A DNA stretch of 64,000 nucleotides from Collinsella sp. GTDB lineage: Bacteria; Actinomycetota; Coriobacteriia; Coriobacteriales; Coriobacteriaceae. The translations under genes and the position numbers were made by a program. Location: NCBI GenBank assembly GCA_048205975.1, contig DBEWTI010000128.1, positions 8,115-72,114 on the forward strand, in the 5' to 3' direction. Below are positions 1 through 9,089 of this stretch, one piece after another. Under the pieces are notes generated by a model. It was not told the DNA's origin, did not search any database, and saw only the letters and a program-made list of their open reading frames with translations. Position 1 is the stretch's first letter. Every line of letters starts with the position of its first letter.

Positions 1-476
1 CTCATGGCGCGGTAACCGGTCATGACGTCATCGAAGCTGTAGCCGTAGATCCACTTGATCATGGCGCGGACGAGGTTGTTGCCAAAGCCGTGGAACGCTC
101 GTTTGTTTTCCTCGGCATACGTGCCGTTGGAAAGGCGGTCGCCCACGGTCATGTCGGCCGTGCCGTTGAGGATGGGCTCGCAGAGGGCTTTGGCCGCCTC
201 GGCGGGGTAGGTGTCGTCGCCATCGACCATCAGGTAGCAATCGGCGTCGATATCGCGAAACATCTGACGGCAGACGTTGCCCTTGCCCTGGCGGGGCTCA
301 AAGCGCACCGTGGCGCCGTGCTCCGTTGCGATGCGCGAGGTGTCGTCTGACGAGTTGTTGTCATAGACGTAGACCGTCGCCTGCGGAAGTTCACGGTGAA
401 AGTCGTCGATGACCTTACCGATCGTGAGGGCTTCGTTGTAGCAGGGGATAATGACGGCAATAGATTCAGAATTCAC
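1..476 (-). CDS. Glycosyltransferase family 2 (GtrB/DPM1-like), 3' end outside the window
   Basis: Read by hand (not in ORF track). AAGGAG RBS, then GTG at 476: MNSESIAVIIPCYNEALTIGKV...VYDNNSSD...RQGKG...MVDGDDTY. These are GT2 motifs including DxD. Frame is open to the window edge. Confidence 0.9.
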   Translation of the reverse strand, partial: MNSESIAVIIPCYNEALTIGKVIDDFHRELPQATVYVYDNNSSDDTSRIATEHGATVRFEPRQGKGNVCRQMFRDIDADCYLMVDGDDTYPAEAAKALCEPILNGTADMTVGDRLSNGTYAEENKRAFHGFGNNLVRAMIKWIYGYSFDDVMTGYRAM

Positions 477-636
477 TCAATGCTCCTTATACATTCAATC
501 GTTGAAAGTATAGCCGTTTGGGATGGGCATCCTAAGATGTGGGTTAGTTCTCCAGTTTTGTTGCGCGAATCGTTTGCCTGCCCGTCGGGTCTATACTGTT
601 CGTTTGTCAACGATTACGAGTAAAGGAGTTGCATCC

Positions 637-1482
637 GTGTCGGATCAGACAAAGCAACAAGAAACTCGCAGTCTGCCTGCGACGTTTGCTAAGAACGAAT
701 TTGAGAAGGACGCGTTTATCCTTCGTCAGCTGGTTACCAAGGATTTTAAGATTAAGTATCGCCGCAGTGTTTTGGGTGTTGCGTGGTCCGTGCTCAACCC
801 GTTGCTCATGATGATCGTCATGGCTATCGTGTTCTCGACGATTTTTGCCCAGGGTCGCAACGGTTCGATCACGCCCGAGATGTACCCGCTGTACTTGATT
901 GTGGGTAACGTCACCTTTGCCGTTATGTCCGAGTCCACGAACCAGGCGCTTACATCGATTGTGGGCGCGGCTCCGCTGCTTAAAAAGGTCAAGGTGCACC
1001 GTTGGGTCTTCCCGGTGCAGAAGGTGCTCTTTTCGCTGGTTAACTTTGCCTTCTCGCTGGTCGCCGTCGCCATCGTTATGCTGTGGTTCCGCGTTATGCC
1101 TACCTGGCATCTGATTCTTCTGCCGGTCTGCCTGCTCCTGCTTATGTGCTTTTGTATGGGCTTGGGCATGATGCTCTCTGCGCTCACGGTCTTTTTCCGC
1201 GACGTTATGCATCTGTGGAGTGTTGTCATCACGGCGTGGACCTACATCACGCCCATCTTCTGGACGACTGATTTTGTTGCGCAAATGCCGCATATCGTGC
1301 GCATTCTGGTATATGCGAACCCCATGTACAACTACCTGCAGTTTATGCGTGATATCTTCCTGTTCCAGACGACCCCTTCGTTCATGACGCTCGGTATGTG
1401 CGCTGCCTGGGCGGTCCTTGCGCTCGTCATTGGCTACACCGTGTTCCATAAGTCCGAGCGCAAGTTCATCCTCTACATCTAA
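637..1482 (+). CDS. wzm: Polysaccharide/teichoic acid ABC exporter permease (Wzm/TagG-like)
   Basis: KDFKIKYRRSVLGVAWSVLNPLL and NPM motifs, about six TM segments. GTG start at 637 after AAAGGAG. Confidence 0.9.
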   Translation: MSDQTKQQETRSLPATFAKNEFEKDAFILRQLVTKDFKIKYRRSVLGVAWSVLNPLLMMIVMAIVFSTIFAQGRNGSITPEMYPLYLIVGNVTFAVMSESTNQALTSIVGAAPLLKKVKVHRWVFPVQKVLFSLVNFAFSLVAVAIVMLWFRVMPTWHLILLPVCLLLLMCFCMGLGMMLSALTVFFRDVMHLWSVVITAWTYITPIFWTTDFVAQMPHIVRILVYANPMYNYLQFMRDIFLFQTTPSFMTLGMCAAWAVLALVIGYTVFHKSERKFILYI

Positions 1483-1494
1483 AGGAGTGCTGTG

Positions 1495-2262
1495 ATGACT
1501 GAATCTGTTGTTGATTACAGCGAGCAGCCTCTGGCTGTCGAGGTCGACGACGTCACCATGATCTTTAACATGGCGTCCGAGTCGCTGACCAACCTCAAGG
1601 AGTACTTTATTAAGCTTGCCAAGCACGAGCTGTTCTTTGAGGAGTTTAGGGCGCTTAAGCACATCTCGTTTGATATTCACCGCGGCGAGGTCGTGGGTCT
1701 GGTCGGTACCAATGGCTCCGGCAAGTCCACGATGCTCAAGATTATCGCCGGCGTGCTGGAGCCCAGCGAGGGCAGCGTTAAGGTACATGGCAACATCGCG
1801 CCGCTGATTGAGCTTGGCGCTGGCTTTGACCCCGAGCTGACGGCGCGCGAGAACATTTATCTAAACGGTGCGCTGCTCGGCTATACCAAGGAGTTCATCG
1901 ACGCCAACTTTGACGGCATTATCGAGTTCGCCGAGCTGCAGAACTTTGTCGACATGCCGCTCAAGAACTTCTCGTCGGGCATGGTCGCGCGTATCGCCTT
2001 TGCAATCGCCACGATTACCGAGCCCGATATTCTGATCGTTGATGAGACGCTGTCTGTCGGTGATGTGTTCTTCCAGCAGAAGTGCGAGGCTCGTATTCAG
2101 CACTTTATCCAGAGCGGCGATGTGACGGTGCTGTTCGTTTCGCACTCCATGGAGCAGGTTGAGCGCATCTGCCAGCGCGCCGTTTGGATTGAGAAGGGCG
2201 ACCTTCGCATGGACGGCCCGGTCGATGAGGTCTGCAAGGCGTACCGCGAGCAGTTCAACTAG
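1495..2262 (+). CDS. wzt: Polysaccharide ABC exporter ATP-binding subunit (Wzt/TagH-like)
   Basis: Walker A GTNGSGKS, signature FSSGM, Walker B ILIVDE. Adjacent to wzm. No C-terminal carbohydrate-binding domain. Confidence 0.92.
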   Translation: MTESVVDYSEQPLAVEVDDVTMIFNMASESLTNLKEYFIKLAKHELFFEEFRALKHISFDIHRGEVVGLVGTNGSGKSTMLKIIAGVLEPSEGSVKVHGNIAPLIELGAGFDPELTARENIYLNGALLGYTKEFIDANFDGIIEFAELQNFVDMPLKNFSSGMVARIAFAIATITEPDILIVDETLSVGDVFFQQKCEARIQHFIQSGDVTVLFVSHSMEQVERICQRAVWIEKGDLRMDGPVDEVCKAYREQFN

Positions 2263-2316
2263 GTTATAATTACTTGCGCCTGGCACGCGTGCGCTTGCTC
2301 GGGCGTGCGGTTATAT

Positions 2317-2393
2317 GCTCCATTAGCTCAGTTGGATAGAGCAGGGGACTTCTAATCCCAAGGTCGACGGTTCGAATCCGCCATGGAGCACCA
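2317..2393 (+). tRNA. tRNA-Arg(UCU)
   Basis: Acceptor GCTCCAT/ATGGAGC, D-arm GCTC/GAGC, anticodon loop CT-TCT-AA, T-loop TTCGAAT, encoded CCA. Confidence 0.93.
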
Positions 2394-2403
2394 TCGTTTA
2401 TTA

Positions 2404-2434
2404 AGCCCGGACCGCTTAGTGGTCTGGGCTTTTT
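2404..2434 (+). terminator. Intrinsic terminator after tRNA-Arg(UCU)
   Basis: AGCCCGGACC / GGTCTGGGCT stem followed by a T-run. Confidence 0.75.
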
Positions 2435-2467
2435 CGTCTTGTGTGCTGCTGTTTTGAAGGGTCCGCT

Positions 2468-3454
2468 ATGGGAAGTAAAGGGCTCGACTGGATAGATATT
2501 GCAAAGGGGATTGCAATTATTCTGGTCATTGTGGGGCATACCGTCCCAAATCCCTCGCCTTTGCGGCATGCCATCTTTTCGTTTCACATGCCGGTGTTCT
2601 TTATTCTTGCCGGGTACACGTTTAGGCCCAAGCCGCGGCGCGAACTGTTGAGCGGTTCGGTGTCGCGCCTGCTGGTGCCGTATGTGATTCTTGCACTGGC
2701 CTGGCAGGTACCGTCGTTCTTGATGAGCGGGGCTCCTTTGACAGGCGGTACGCTTGCAGGTGGGCTCGAGACGCTCGTGTTTGCCTCGGGCGTTGATGTG
2801 CCTGGGCTTGGTGTTGCTGCCGTTGGCATGGCGTGGTTCTTGGCCGCGCTGTTTACATCGCGGGTGCTGTTTAATGCCCTGATGCGGTTGTTTGATCGTT
2901 TTGGGTTGAGCATTGTCTGGCAGGGTGCGCTGTGCGCCGTTGTTGCCTTTTGCGGTTTGAGCGTGTCTCGCTTTTTGGGTGTTTACCTGCCGCTCGATGT
3001 CGATCTGAGCTGTTATATCGTCCTGTTGATGTGGATCGGCCATATGGCGCGTCAACGGAAGTTGGAGCCGCGTGCGGACAAACCGCTACTGTTTATTGTG
3101 GCGGGCGTGGCGTGGCTTATCCTTGCCGCCTTGAGTGGACTTGAGCTTTCGAGCCGCCGGGTGGATAGCTTTGTTGTTGCCACGGTTGCCGCCGTTGCCG
3201 GCACGTATTGCGTGTGCTGGGTTTCGGTGGCGTTGGAGAAGCTGAAGGACGTGCCGGGCTTTGGGACGCTTGAGCACTGGCTTGTGTTCTGTGGGCAGGC
3301 CAGCCTCGCCATCTTTGCGATCCACGCGGTCGACTGGTTTATCCCCTGGCAGACGATGCCGTTGCTTATGGGGCTGCCGATATCGTGGCTCTTCGCATCA
3401 CTCGTGCGCTGCGCCTGCGACATCGGCCTGGCATACGTGATCAAGAGAGCGTAA
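2468..3454 (+). CDS. Acyltransferase family 3 membrane protein (probable surface-glycan O-acyltransferase)
   Basis: WIDIAKGIAIILVIVGH, FHMPVFFILAG, WFL and G..SLAIFAIH motifs. About ten TM segments. Confidence 0.88.
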   Translation: MGSKGLDWIDIAKGIAIILVIVGHTVPNPSPLRHAIFSFHMPVFFILAGYTFRPKPRRELLSGSVSRLLVPYVILALAWQVPSFLMSGAPLTGGTLAGGLETLVFASGVDVPGLGVAAVGMAWFLAALFTSRVLFNALMRLFDRFGLSIVWQGALCAVVAFCGLSVSRFLGVYLPLDVDLSCYIVLLMWIGHMARQRKLEPRADKPLLFIVAGVAWLILAALSGLELSSRRVDSFVVATVAAVAGTYCVCWVSVALEKLKDVPGFGTLEHWLVFCGQASLAIFAIHAVDWFIPWQTMPLLMGLPISWLFASLVRCACDIGLAYVIKRA

Positions 3455-3455
3455 C

Positions 3456-3492
3456 GAAGGCGGGGGCGACCGTGTTGGTCGCCCCCGCCTTC
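3456..3492. terminator. Hairpin between convergent acyltransferase and aroQ
   Basis: GAAGGCGGGGGCGACC / GGTCGCCCCCGCCTTC perfect inverted repeat. Confidence 0.7.
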
Positions 3493-3510
3493 ATACTTGT
3501 TGTCCCTGTA

Positions 3511-3948
3511 TTACTTGTCGAGATGCTCTTTCAGCAGCTCCAACGCGTGAGTGTAGCCTTGGAGGCCTTCGCCAGTGATGGTGGCGAAGCAGGCGAGGCG
3601 TGCGTAGCTCACCTGGCGGAAGTCCTCGCGGGTCTCGACGGCGCTGATGTGGACCTCGACGGCGGGGATGGCGACGGCCTTGAGGGCGTCGAGGATCGCC
3701 ACGCTCGTGTGCGTGTAAGCGGCCGGGTTGATGACAATGCCGTCGACCTTGCCGTAGGCCTCCTGGATCTTGTCGACGATGCTGCCCTCGTGGTTGGACT
3801 GGAAGACTTCGACCTCGTCGAAGCCCTGGGCGGCGCCTGCCTCCTTGCAGATTTGGACCAGGCGGTCGTAGTTGTCGCTGCCATAGATGCCCGGCTCGCG
3901 AATGCCGAGCATGTTGAGGTTGGGGCCGTTGATGACGAGTGCTTTCAT
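3511..3948 (-). CDS. aroQ: Type II 3-dehydroquinate dehydratase
   Basis: INGPNLNMLGIREPGIYG, QSNHEG, INPAAYTHTS, EVHIS. ATG at 3948 after AAGGAAG. Confidence 0.95.
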   Translation of the reverse strand: MKALVINGPNLNMLGIREPGIYGSDNYDRLVQICKEAGAAQGFDEVEVFQSNHEGSIVDKIQEAYGKVDGIVINPAAYTHTSVAILDALKAVAIPAVEVHISAVETREDFRQVSYARLACFATITGEGLQGYTHALELLKEHLDK

Positions 3949-3988
3949 GGTTACTTCCTTTGCGGTTGGGCGGATTGACGGTATATGG

Positions 3989-4029
3989 AAAACCACCACA
4001 AAGGTGCCTGTCCCCTTTGTGGTGGTTTT
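3989..4029. repeat. Perfect 16-bp stem palindrome with GGGACAGG core (REP-like, possibly a terminator)
   Basis: AAAACCACCACAAAGG-TGCCTGTCC-CCTTTGTGGTGGTTTT. Confidence 0.7.
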
Positions 4030-4032
4030 TGG

Positions 4033-5271
4033 TTAGAGGGTGTCGAGGAGGGCTTGGGCGGTGTTGGCGGCGCTGTCGCGCGAGTCGATGATGTAATCGG
4101 CCCAGGCGCGGTAACGCGGCATGCGCTGCTCGGCCAGCTTATCGATGCCGTCGCGGGCGGTGATGGGGCGGCCCTTGTGGGCGAGCTCGTCGAGCTTGCG
4201 GTTGAGCATTACGATCTGGCTGTTCTGGTGCAGCAGCGGGTAGTTTTCGTCGCGCGTGACGACGCCACCTCCCGTGGAGAGCACCAGACCGCTGCGCTTG
4301 GAAATGTCGGCCAAGGCAGCCGTTTCCTGCTCGCGGAAGGCCGACTCGCCGCGCTCGACGATAAAGTCGGCGCAGGGCATGCCGAGGCGCTCCTCGAGGG
4401 CGCGGTCAAGGTCGATGTGCTCACGGCCCGTGAGCTGTGCCACCTGCTCGCCCACGCGGGTTTTGCCCGAGCCGGGCATGCCAATCAGGGCGATGTTCTG
4501 CTCATGGCGGGACAGGCGCTCCGTCACATCCAGGATGCGCTCGCGCGGGGTGACCTGGCCGGTATAGCGCTCGACGGCCTGCGCTGCCTGGGCAACGAGC
4601 ATCAGCAGACCGCCGATGCAGGGTATACCGCGGCGCTCTGCCTCGAGCATCAGGCCCGTGCGGGCGGGGTTGTATACGATGTCAATGACTCCCTCGAGCG
4701 CATCGAGGCCCTCGAGCGTGCAGGGTGCGTCGGGGCAGTGGGGGAACATGCCGGCGGGCGTGCAGTTGACGAGCAGCGCGGCGTCGGACTGCTGGGCGAT
4801 GTTGTCGTAGTTGACCTCGCTCGTGCGGCCTACGGGCACGACGATGGCGCCCAGATCGCCGAGCACCATGCTTGCCGTGGTGCCGGCACCGCCGGTGGCG
4901 CCGAGCACGAGGGCCTTCTTGCCAGCGACCTCGACGCCCAGTTCCTCGACTAGGCACTGAAAACCGAAGTAGTCGGTGTTGTCGCCGCGCAGACGGCCAT
5001 CGGGCAGACGCGTGATGGTGTTGACGTTGCCCATGCGCTCGGCCAGCGGGCTCAGCTCGTCCAGGTACTCCATGACGGCGCGCTTGTAGGGGATGGTCAC
5101 GTTGGTGCCTTCCCACTCCTCGCCCGTCATAAAGGCCTCGAGATCCTCGGGCTCGCGTTCAAAGCGCACGTACTCCAGCCCCGCGAGTTCCTTGTAGATG
5201 GTCGGGGTGTAGCTGTGGCCCAGCACGCGGCCCAGCACGCCGTAGGGGCGGGTTGCGGCGGTATCGATCAT
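4033..5271 (-). CDS. Fused shikimate dehydrogenase / shikimate kinase (AroE-AroK)
   Basis: N-terminal NVTIPYK, VNT, NTD, GATGGAG and DIVYNP (AroE). C-terminal GMPGSGKT, FREQE and STGGG (AroK). Confidence 0.93.
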   Translation of the reverse strand: MIDTAATRPYGVLGRVLGHSYTPTIYKELAGLEYVRFEREPEDLEAFMTGEEWEGTNVTIPYKRAVMEYLDELSPLAERMGNVNTITRLPDGRLRGDNTDYFGFQCLVEELGVEVAGKKALVLGATGGAGTTASMVLGDLGAIVVPVGRTSEVNYDNIAQQSDAALLVNCTPAGMFPHCPDAPCTLEGLDALEGVIDIVYNPARTGLMLEAERRGIPCIGGLLMLVAQAAQAVERYTGQVTPRERILDVTERLSRHEQNIALIGMPGSGKTRVGEQVAQLTGREHIDLDRALEERLGMPCADFIVERGESAFREQETAALADISKRSGLVLSTGGGVVTRDENYPLLHQNSQIVMLNRKLDELAHKGRPITARDGIDKLAEQRMPRYRAWADYIIDSRDSAANTAQALLDTL

Positions 5272-6417
5272 CTAGAGCACCTCCGTGTAGCTGCCAAAGT
5301 AGGTGAAGCTCTCGCAAACGTCATCTATGGAATCGAGCAGGTCGTCGAGGGCCTTGCTGCCAAAGGGGCAGTCCAGGTCAAAGTAGAACATAAACTCAAA
5401 GTCGTGCCCGGGGATGGGTCGGCTCTCGAGCTTGATGAGGTTGATATTGAGCGCGTAGAAGCGCTCGAGCACGCGATAGAGCGAGCCCGGCTCGTTGGTC
5501 GTAGTGATCATGAGCGAGGTGCGGTTGGCGCCGGGGTAGACGCGCGGCTCGCGGCTAATGACGACAAAGCGCGTGTAGTTGTTGTCCGAGTCCTGGATGT
5601 TGGGTTCCAGCACCTCCAGGCCGTAGAGCGCCGCGCAGCTGCGCGAGGCGATGGCGGCGACATCGGTGCGGTCGGAGTTGGCAACCATTTCGGCCGACAT
5701 GGCCGTGTTGGGATACTTGGTGGCGTGCAGGCCGTGTGCCTCGATAAAGCCGGCGCACTGGGCGATGGCCTGGCCGTGGCTGTAGACCTCGCGCACGTCC
5801 TGCAGCTTGATGCCGGGTTTGACGAGCAGGTTATGGTCGATCTTGAGGCGCAGCGAGCGCACGATGTGGAAGTCGAACTGGGCGAGCAGGTCGTAGACCG
5901 CGTTGACCGAGCCTGCCGTGGAGTTTTCGATGGGCAGCACGCCAAACTCGCAGAAGCCGTCGCGCACGGCGCGCATGACGCCCTCGAAGGTCTCGAAGAA
6001 GGCGATGTCCGGCACGTCGAAGAGCTTGCACGCAGCGATCTGGCTGTAGGCGCCCTCGACGCCCTGGCAGGCGACGCTGGCCGTCTGGGGGAAGGGCGTG
6101 TCGAAGGCCTCGGCCGTGGCGTGGGCCTTTTGCGACACCGTGATGCCCTTGAGCTCGTTGATGTAGCGCTGCTGCTCGGCCTTGCTCATGCTCATGAGGA
6201 GGCGGAACAGGGTGATGGTCTGGGCCTCGTAGCGCTCGGGCGCGCGGCTGGCGAGGTTATTGAGCTTGGAGCGCTCGCGGGCGGGGTCGAAGACGGCCTT
6301 GCCCATCTCGATTTTGGACTTGGCGACCTCGGTGGCAATGTCCATGCGCTCGACAAAGCTGTTGAGGAGCGTGGTGTCGATGCCATCGATGGCCTGGCGA
6401 ATATCGGCAAGGTCCAT
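5272..6417 (-). CDS. pheA: Chorismate mutase / prephenate dehydratase with ACT domain
   Basis: N-terminal chorismate mutase (IRQAIDGID...DPARE), then QGVEGAYS, PIENSTAG, NYTRF, KLESRP. Confidence 0.93.
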   Translation of the reverse strand: MDLADIRQAIDGIDTTLLNSFVERMDIATEVAKSKIEMGKAVFDPARERSKLNNLASRAPERYEAQTITLFRLLMSMSKAEQQRYINELKGITVSQKAHATAEAFDTPFPQTASVACQGVEGAYSQIAACKLFDVPDIAFFETFEGVMRAVRDGFCEFGVLPIENSTAGSVNAVYDLLAQFDFHIVRSLRLKIDHNLLVKPGIKLQDVREVYSHGQAIAQCAGFIEAHGLHATKYPNTAMSAEMVANSDRTDVAAIASRSCAALYGLEVLEPNIQDSDNNYTRFVVISREPRVYPGANRTSLMITTTNEPGSLYRVLERFYALNINLIKLESRPIPGHDFEFMFYFDLDCPFGSKALDDLLDSIDDVCESFTYFGSYTEVL

Positions 6418-6444
6418 GGGGACCCCTTTCACGTGTCGGGAGTG

Positions 6445-6660
6445 TCGGAGTAGTCTTTTTGGGACGGGGCTTTTTTAGCTACCTTGTGCCCGGGAACAGT
6501 CTTTTTGGGACGGGGGTATTTTAGCTACCCCAACGTTAGCCGTAGCTTCGTCGTTATTCGGAGCGGGGCAGCTAAAATGCCCCCGTCCCAAAAAGACTAC
6601 TCCGAACGCCAGAGAAAGAAGCAAGGGTAGCTAAAATAGCCCCGTCCCAAAAAGACTACC
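6445..6660. repeat. Four-copy nested inverted repeat of a ~34-bp unit (REP/REPIN-like)
   Basis: Unit approx. GTAGTCTTTTTGGGACGGGGNNATTTTAGCTACC. Forward copies at 6445-6486 and 6498-6531. Reverse copies at 6565-6605 and 6622-6660. Confidence 0.9.
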
Positions 6661-6670
6661 CTGCGGGCGG

Positions 6671-7768
6671 TTAGCGCTGGGCGGCGTCCTCGAGGAGGGC
6701 GTCCCAGATGGCCAGCGCGGCGGCTGCTTCGGCAACGGGGACGGCACGCGGGACGATGCAGGGATCGTGGCGGCCGTGGACCGAAAGCTCGGCATTTTCC
6801 ATGGCGTCCATGTCCACGGTCTGCTGCTCGCGGCCAATGGAGGGCGTCGGCTTTACGGCCATGCGCCACATGACGGGCGCGCCGGTCGAAATGCCGCCCA
6901 GGATGCCGCCGGCGTTGTTGGACTCGACCTCAATCTCGCCGCTCTCGGCGTCGATGCGGTACGGGTCGTTGTTCTCGCTGCCGCGCATGGCGGCCACGGC
7001 AAAGCCCATGCCAAACTCCACGCCCTTTACGGCGGGAATGCCAAAGGCGATGTACGCGATACGGTTCTCGATTCCGTCGAACATCGGGTCTCCGATGCCC
7101 GCGGGCAGACCGTAGATGCCACATTCCACGATGCCGCCGATGCTGTCGAGCTCGTCGCGCGCGGTCAGAATCTCCTTGCGCATGCGACCGGCGGCCGCGG
7201 CATCGATGCAGGGCAGGTCGTTCGAAAGGATCGCCTTGCGGTCGGACTCGCGATAGACCATGTCGTCCATGGGCAGGTCGGAGATGCCCCCGATCTGCGC
7301 CACGTGCGCCATGACCTTAATGCCGCGGGCTTCGAGCGCCTGCAGTGCAATGCCGCCCGCGATGCACAGGGGCGCCGTCAGGCGACCGGAGAAGTGTCCA
7401 CCACCGGCGACATCGTGCATATTGTGGTACTTCACGCGCGCGGGGAAGTCCGCGTGCCCCGGTCGGGGCTTGCGGCGAAGCTCGGAGTAGTCCTTGGAGC
7501 GTGTGTTGGTGTTCTCGATGATTGCGGCGATGGGCGCGCCGGTGGTGTGTCCATCGACCACACCGGCGATAATGTGCGCGGCGTCGGCCTCGCGGCGCTT
7601 GGTCGCGGTCTCGTCGCGGCCGGGGGCGCGACGGTCCAAAAATGCCTGCAGCTGCTCCTGATCAACGGCGATACCTGCCGGGATACCATCAAGCGAGCAT
7701 CCGATGGCGGGGGAGTGCGACTGGCCGAAAATACTCAGATGCAAGACGTTGCCAAAGGTCGAGGACAT
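6671..7768 (-). CDS. aroC: Chorismate synthase
   Basis: FGQSHS, PRPGHAD, SGRLTA, NNAGGILGGIS, VKPTPSI, GRHDPC. Confidence 0.96.
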   Translation of the reverse strand: MSSTFGNVLHLSIFGQSHSPAIGCSLDGIPAGIAVDQEQLQAFLDRRAPGRDETATKRREADAAHIIAGVVDGHTTGAPIAAIIENTNTRSKDYSELRRKPRPGHADFPARVKYHNMHDVAGGGHFSGRLTAPLCIAGGIALQALEARGIKVMAHVAQIGGISDLPMDDMVYRESDRKAILSNDLPCIDAAAAGRMRKEILTARDELDSIGGIVECGIYGLPAGIGDPMFDGIENRIAYIAFGIPAVKGVEFGMGFAVAAMRGSENNDPYRIDAESGEIEVESNNAGGILGGISTGAPVMWRMAVKPTPSIGREQQTVDMDAMENAELSVHGRHDPCIVPRAVPVAEAAAALAIWDALLEDAAQR

Positions 7769-7769
7769 G

Positions 7770-9089
7770 CTATTCCTCCTCGAGCGTGACCTTGCCGCCC
7801 AGCAGGCGGTAGTGGTCGAAGAAATCGGGATAGGACTTGTTGACGGCCTCGGCGCCGTGGATCACAACTTCGCCAGTGGCGCGGCTCGCCGCGATAGCGG
7901 CCATCATGGCGATACGGTGATCGTTGTGCGAATCGACCTCACCGCCGGTAAAGGCGTCGACGCCCTTGATGATGAGGTCATCACCGGCAATGCGCACCTG
8001 TGCGCCCAACGCGGTGAGCTCGCGGGTGGTGGTGACCAGGCGGTCGGATTCCTTGATGCGCAGACGCGCGCAGTCGCGGATGAACGTGCGGCCCTGCGCC
8101 AGCGAGGCCACGGCCGAGATGACGGGCACCAGGTCGGGGATGTCGTGGGCGCTCATCTCAAAGCCGGCGAGCTTGTCGGACTGCACGGTGGCGGCGTTGG
8201 TGGAACGCACGATGCGGGCGCCAAAGCGCGAGAGCGCAGCGAGTACGTTGCGGTCGCCCTGCGCAGAGCTCAGCGACACACCCTCGACGGTGATGGGGTC
8301 GGTGCCGATGGCACCGGCGCACAGCCAAAAGGCGGCGTTGGACCAGTCGCCCTCGACGGCCACACTGCCGGGCGTGCGGTACGAGCCGCTGCTCACGCGG
8401 AAGTTCGTAACCTCGGGCTGACCATCCTTGGCGGGGATACGCTCGACGTTGACCTCGACGCCGAAAGCCTTCATGGCCTGGATCGTCAGGTTGATGTAGG
8501 GGCGGCTCTCGATGAGGCCGGTCACCTGCACGCAGGAGGGCTGGGCCAAAAGCGGGGCTGCCAGCAGCAGGCCGGAGATATACTGCGAGCTCACGTTGCC
8601 CGGCAGCACAAAGGTGCCCGGGCGCATGCGGCCGCTCGTCTTGAGCGGAAAACCGCCCAGACCCTGCAGGTCGCAGCCGGCGGCGATGATCTCGTCCGAA
8701 AGCGGGGAGAGCGGGCGGGCGCCCAGGCGACCCTGGCCCACAAAAGTGGCCTCCGCACCCAGCGCGCAGGCGACGGGCAGCATAAAGCGCAGCGTGGAGC
8801 CGCTCTCGCCGCAGTCGAGCGTGCCGCCGGCGAGGGCTTTGAGCAGACCGAACTCAACGCTCTTCATGGTGGGGTGGACCTGGAAGCCGTCCTCGACGGT
8901 CTCGATGCGAGCGCCGAGCGCCGTGAGGCAACGCACCGTGGCCTCGATGTCGGCGCAGGTGGTGTTGCAGGTGACGTGCGTCTCGCCGTTGGCGAGCGCG
9001 GCGCAGATGATCAGGCGATGCGCCATCGACTTGGACGCGATAGCGGGAACGGTGCCCTTGAGCGGGGACGGGGTGATGCGGGCTAGCAT
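7770..9089 (-). CDS. aroA: 3-phosphoshikimate 1-carboxyvinyltransferase (EPSP synthase)
   Basis: SKSMAHR, DCGESGSTLRF, SSQYISG, EGDWS, KESDR, DHRIAM, KSYPDF. Confidence 0.96.
   Translation of the reverse strand: MLARITPSPLKGTVPAIASKSMAHRLIICAALANGETHVTCNTTCADIEATVRCLTALGARIETVEDGFQVHPTMKSVEFGLLKALAGGTLDCGESGSTLRFMLPVACALGAEATFVGQGRLGARPLSPLSDEIIAAGCDLQGLGGFPLKTSGRMRPGTFVLPGNVSSQYISGLLLAAPLLAQPSCVQVTGLIESRPYINLTIQAMKAFGVEVNVERIPAKDGQPEVTNFRVSSGSYRTPGSVAVEGDWSNAAFWLCAGAIGTDPITVEGVSLSSAQGDRNVLAALSRFGARIVRSTNAATVQSDKLAGFEMSAHDIPDLVPVISAVASLAQGRTFIRDCARLRIKESDRLVTTTRELTALGAQVRIAGDDLIIKGVDAFTGGEVDSHNDHRIAMMAAIAASRATGEVVIHGAEAVNKSYPDFFDHYRLLGGKVTLEEE

Noticed and set aside
6445..6660. Possible CRISPR mini-array
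   Set aside because: Repeats are in inverted orientation, spacer lengths are irregular, and there are no cas genes or leader.
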